64,000 nt of DNA from Orbicella franksi (lineage: Eukaryota): contig OZ116712.1 of assembly GCA_964199315.1 (NCBI GenBank), positions 1,240,001 to 1,304,000 of the forward strand, given 5' to 3'. The notes below the pieces were generated by a model that saw only the letters and a list, made by a program, of their open reading frames with translations, was not told the DNA's origin and did no database searches. Positions 62,101-64,000 of this stretch are shown here, in pieces (position 1 is the stretch's first letter; the number at the start of each line of letters is the position of its first letter). Made by a program: the position numbers and the translations under genes.

Positions 62101-63461
62101 AGCTAAAACGTAGCTAGTGATCGAATTGCAAGCTTAGCAAGCCATATAATCCCAAACATCACGAGATCAAGAAGAAAAGCTTTCGAAAATACATATCATA
62201 GTCCAACTGAGGCTAATCCTTCATCTGAACTTCTCAAGTGTGATCAAACTCCAATTTCTCGCAACAATATCAACGCAGCGGTAAGCAGAAAGGTGAGGAG
62301 AATAGACGAAAATGATCAGTCAAGAGATGTTGCCATGATGTGCCACCAGCTGCTCAAAGCTCTCATATAATGTATGGCAATCACAAGGCTGAAGGTCCAG
62401 CGAGAAAACTATTGAGACAGATGGTAAATGGATCCTAAAGGTTTTCTGGTCTCTCTCCAGCTATTGTTCTTACAGAGGAAAAGTGGTATAGTCCTGAGTA
62501 ATCCAAGAAATACGATCCTACAATAAATTTCCTCTTCGAAGCATTGATCTCTTATTAGCGGAACTCGGATACGGTAATTTGCACAATCCAAGACTAGGTT
62601 TTATACGTTTACAGTGACCAACGGACCTTCTTCCTGTCATTAGTGAGCAAGGTTTTACAACTGTCGTCAGACTGAAACCACAGTAGTCACTGAGTCTATC
62701 AGCAAAATGTGGAAAAAATCAACCAAAACTTGAAGCAAATTAAAAAAAAAAAAACCAACAGGCCGCCAGACAAAACACGTTACTACTTGGCGGTATATGG
62801 AGACAACAAGTAACCAGCAGGCGCGGGCGCGTGAGAACATGTCACAGACGGCAGGCGCGGGAAAAAACACGTGGAAAGCGCGGGGAAAACATTTAACAGG
62901 CGACCGGCGAGAACTGATTGGCCAAAAAAGACAGGGCACAAACACTGTGTCAATCGTAAACCCATAAAAATTAATTTCAATTACTTATCATGCAGGATAA
63001 AAAGTCTTCTAACTCGAGGACAAGTTTAGCAGCAGCTCTAGTGCTGAACTCCACATCTCATTTTCGAAAATTTTTTCCTGCTAGTCTTGTCTTGTTAACC
63101 CATTATTTAATCGGGAACCTAGTGAGGACAAATTTTACAGAAAATTTCAGCTTTTACGGTTCTAACCTGCGACCTTACCCTACCCCCCTACATCTCACAA
63201 AAAACCGCCTGATCGCAAGTTATTACGGTTCAGCCAAAGCCCACTCGCGCCCAGCGGACACTTCGCTGTCACAGACATGCAGCGGTAACAGAAAACTCTT
63301 CCACACGGGATTTGGTTTGTATTTCTTCTTGTATTTCAACTGGTCTCACCTTTCCTTCAGGGAAGTTATCAAATTCGCCAGAGATGCTGTCATCTTCAAT
63401 AACACCACTTTCCCTAAAGGCAAACATAAATTACATTACACTGTACAACACCACCTTCGTA

Positions 63462-63840
63462 TAGAGCGGTTTTCAATAGCCCATTTCCGAATTGCCTTTT
63501 GCCTGTGTCAAAACGAGTCTAAGTGGGAAAACATTCTTATAAAAATTGATTTGAAAACTTTTGTACAAGGACTCGTTTTGAAACAGAGGCAAAAGGCAAC
63601 TCGGAAAATCAAATCCAAAGTAATCACTCTAGCCAATTACAAAGAACAGAGACAATCCAATGAACCAATCAAAACCCCACGCAAACTAATGTTAAAATTT
63701 GCGAGTGAGTCACGATAGGTTTTGGTTTTACTTCTGATGGGTTTTGAAAGTGACGCGAGATTTTTTGTCAATCGCTAAGCATAGTAAAGCAAAACCAAAG
63801 CAAATGCGAAGTGTTTTGGATATTCACATGAAAACCGCTT
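63462..63840. mobile_element. MITE (tagagcggttttca family) with a second MITE nested at 63476-63607
   Basis: Outer ends tagagcggttttca / tgaaaaccgct; inner ~37-bp TIR tttccgaattgccttttgcctgtgtcaaaacgagtc / gactcgttttgaaacagaggcaaaaggcaactcggaaa. Confidence 0.75.
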
Positions 63841-64000
63841 CAAACGGAAAACTCAAGATAACAGTGGTAGAAAAGCAAAACACTCAAGACGTGATGTCAT
63901 ACCAAACAAAGCCAAGGTCAGGGTGGATAAGATAAAGGAAGATAAAAGCGAATAACAAATCGCAAGCTTGAAAAAGTTACGATAAATTTTTCACGGTGTG

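Noticed and set aside
62990-63718. 242-aa ORF as a gene
   Set aside because: No domain, unnatural composition, and the 3' half runs through nested MITEs

Overview
AT-rich, intron-rich animal genomic DNA with GT-AG introns and dense MITE/SINE repeats. The repeat families resemble those I recall from stony-coral (anthozoan) genomes; this taxon call is an inference. Host genes reconstructed by hand from splice sites and reading phase: (1) a divergent, partial peptide:N-glycanase (NGLY1/PNGase) paralog at the left edge (minus strand, runs off the window); (2) a complete 14-exon NGLY1 with thioredoxin(WCGPC)-PUB-transglutaminase core-PAW architecture (minus, 8691-18902, about 778 aa); (3) a two-exon LURAP1/FAM89-like coiled-coil gene (plus, 20897-25810); (4) a 7TM PRRT3/4-like gene with an intronless CDS (plus, 32855-33955); (5) a Kalirin/Trio-like SH3-DH-PH-SH3-Ig-FN3-kinase gene of about 30 exons (minus, 36525 to at least 59052). 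The most unusual item is a ~3 kb element in the LURAP-like intron. It has Helentron/Helitron2-type ends (12-bp asymmetric inverted repeats, 5' and 3' hairpins, T-tract insertion site). It carries an uninterrupted RPA-like OB-fold/zinc-ribbon ORF and a 74-bp minisatellite, but no Rep/helicase. A decayed FEN1/XPG-like transposon ORF lies between the two PNGase genes. No database searches were run; family names come from motif recognition.
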